A stretch of 35,862 nt of DNA from a virus (taxonomy: Duplodnaviria; Caudoviricetes): positions 1-35,862 of the IMG/VR virus record IMGVR_UViG_3300020043_004284; one strand, written 5' to 3'. Of the stretch, positions 34,860 to 35,862 are shown piece by piece. How positions within the stretch are numbered: the stretch's first letter is position 1; each line of letters begins with the position of its first letter. The notes below the pieces were generated by a model. The model was given only the letters and a program-made list of their open reading frames with translations, had not been told where the DNA came from and ran no database searches. A program made the position numbers and the translations under genes.

Positions 34860-35408
34860 ATGGAATCACTAATCAAAATCCAATCCGAGTTGAAAGTTCC
34901 AAAAGGGAACTTTAATTCATTCGGTAAGTATAAGTACCGAAGTTGTGAAGACATAATCGAAGCAGCCAAGCCAATACTTAAAAAGTATTCCGCAATGCTT
35001 ATCTTGACTGATCGAGTTGTAGTAATAGCTGGTAAGTGGTTTATGAAATCAACTGCCTGCCTCACCATCGCAGAAAAAGAAATATGCGTTTCTGGATATG
35101 CTGAACTGGCCGAGCATAAAGGAATGAGCGCAGAGCAGGCAACTGGAACGGCATCATCATACGCTCGAAAGTATGCGCTTAACGGATTATTTCTGATTGA
35201 TGAAACAGAAGCAGATCCAGACTTCCAGACTAAGCAGCCAGAACCGCAAGCCAAGAAGTCATTGCCCTTAATATCGGCAAGCCAATACGAGAAGCTAATT
35301 GAACGTATAAAGACTGGTGATGCCAGCGTAATCGAATCAGCACAGAAAGCATTTAGCCTCAATGAAGGTCAGATTAAAGAATTAAAATCAAACCTACCTA
35401 CTCAATGA
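34860..35408 (+). CDS. erf: ERF-family single-strand annealing protein
   Basis: N.FGKYKYRSCEDI...QATGTASSYARKYALNGLF..D motif. Confidence 0.93.
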   Translation: MESLIKIQSELKVPKGNFNSFGKYKYRSCEDIIEAAKPILKKYSAMLILTDRVVVIAGKWFMKSTACLTIAEKEICVSGYAELAEHKGMSAEQATGTASSYARKYALNGLFLIDETEADPDFQTKQPEPQAKKSLPLISASQYEKLIERIKTGDASVIESAQKAFSLNEGQIKELKSNLPTQ

Positions 35409-35862
35409 CCAGCGCATCATTAATTAATCTTGGCCCTTCAAATGGGGCTGAGATTGAATCTTTCGCACTCCAGACAATCGCACAGATTGAAGATGGCGAA
35501 TACTCCGCACTGGAGTTATTCATCAAGTGTAAGGCATTCCAGAAGTCAATCGACCTAATCCTGCAAGGAGTTGAAGAATCAGCCTTAAATGAAGCCCAGC
35601 GTGAAGGTAAATCGTTTTCCAAGCATAACGCTTCGGTATCGATTCGGGAGATGGGTACGAAGTGGTTTTACGACAAAACCAATGATCCAACCATCAAAGA
35701 AATTCAAGAAGAAAAAGCAGATATTATTGAACAAGAGAAGGATCGGCAGACTTTTTTAAAGTCGCTTAAATTTCCAACTGTTGTATTGAACGAAGAAACT
35801 GGAGAACTGGTACAGATATTCCCAGCGAGAAAAGAATCAAAAACTGGTCTTGTAATCAGTTT
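35405..35862 (+). CDS. Hypothetical protein spanning the contig join (153 aa; stop TAA at 123-125)
   Basis: ATGA overlap with erf; the frame stays open through the terminal repeat to ...KTGLVISF*. Confidence 0.8.
   Translation, partial: MTSASLINLGPSNGAEIESFALQTIAQIEDGEYSALELFIKCKAFQKSIDLILQGVEESALNEAQREGKSFSKHNASVSIREMGTKWFYDKTNDPTIKEIQEEKADIIEQEKDRQTFLKSLKFPTVVLNEETGELVQIFPARKESKTGLVIS
35742..35862. repeat. Terminal direct repeat, copy 2
   Basis: Identical to 1-121. Confidence 0.97.

Noticed and set aside
276-35622. Many antisense or out-of-frame ORFs in the track (e.g. 10573-11037, 13512-13829, 23313-23741, 34838-35362)
   Set aside because: They shadow well-supported genes, and lack start context and recognisable motifs.
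35742-35862. 121-bp terminal repeat as a biological DTR
   Set aside because: It falls mid-gene and looks like an assembler overlap. It shows circularity or permutation, not physical ends.
1-35862. CRISPR array, tRNA, integrase/att site, reverse transcriptase/DGR, intron, stop-codon recoding
   Set aside because: No spaced repeats, cloverleaf, recombinase or RT motifs were seen by eye, and genes are intact and tightly packed in the standard code.

Overview
This is an apparently complete, circular (assembly-permuted) genome of a tailed dsDNA phage. Bases 1-121 repeat exactly at 35742-35862, giving a unit length of about 35,741 bp, and one gene reads across the join. A Bacteroidota host is inferred from recurrent TTTG-N19-TAnnTTTG promoters and A-rich, Shine-Dalgarno-free starts. 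The minus strand carries replication and DNA-modification genes (DUF6291-like initiator with an internal iteron-like tract, SF2 helicase, SPPF-type methyltransferase), terminases, an unusually ordered siphovirus-type morphogenesis set and a lysis cassette. Plus-strand blocks of small genes, mostly under one repeated promoter, interrupt the structural region, and an SSB/ERF block sits at the end. No integrase, DNA polymerase, tRNA or CRISPR array was seen. Most notable: (1) a C4/CI-like structured leader RNA or attenuator before the replication gene; (2) a -1 frameshift in the tail chaperone with long dual coding; (3) Cys-rich virion proteins plus a membrane CxxC protein, a speculative disulfide system; (4) four conserved promoter cassettes with three RHH-like regulators; (5) near-total avoidance of CCTG[A/G/T]; (6) an HNH insertion with a 22-bp duplication; (7) direct repeats bracketing the tape measure gene. 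All functional calls come from motif recognition by eye, not database searches.
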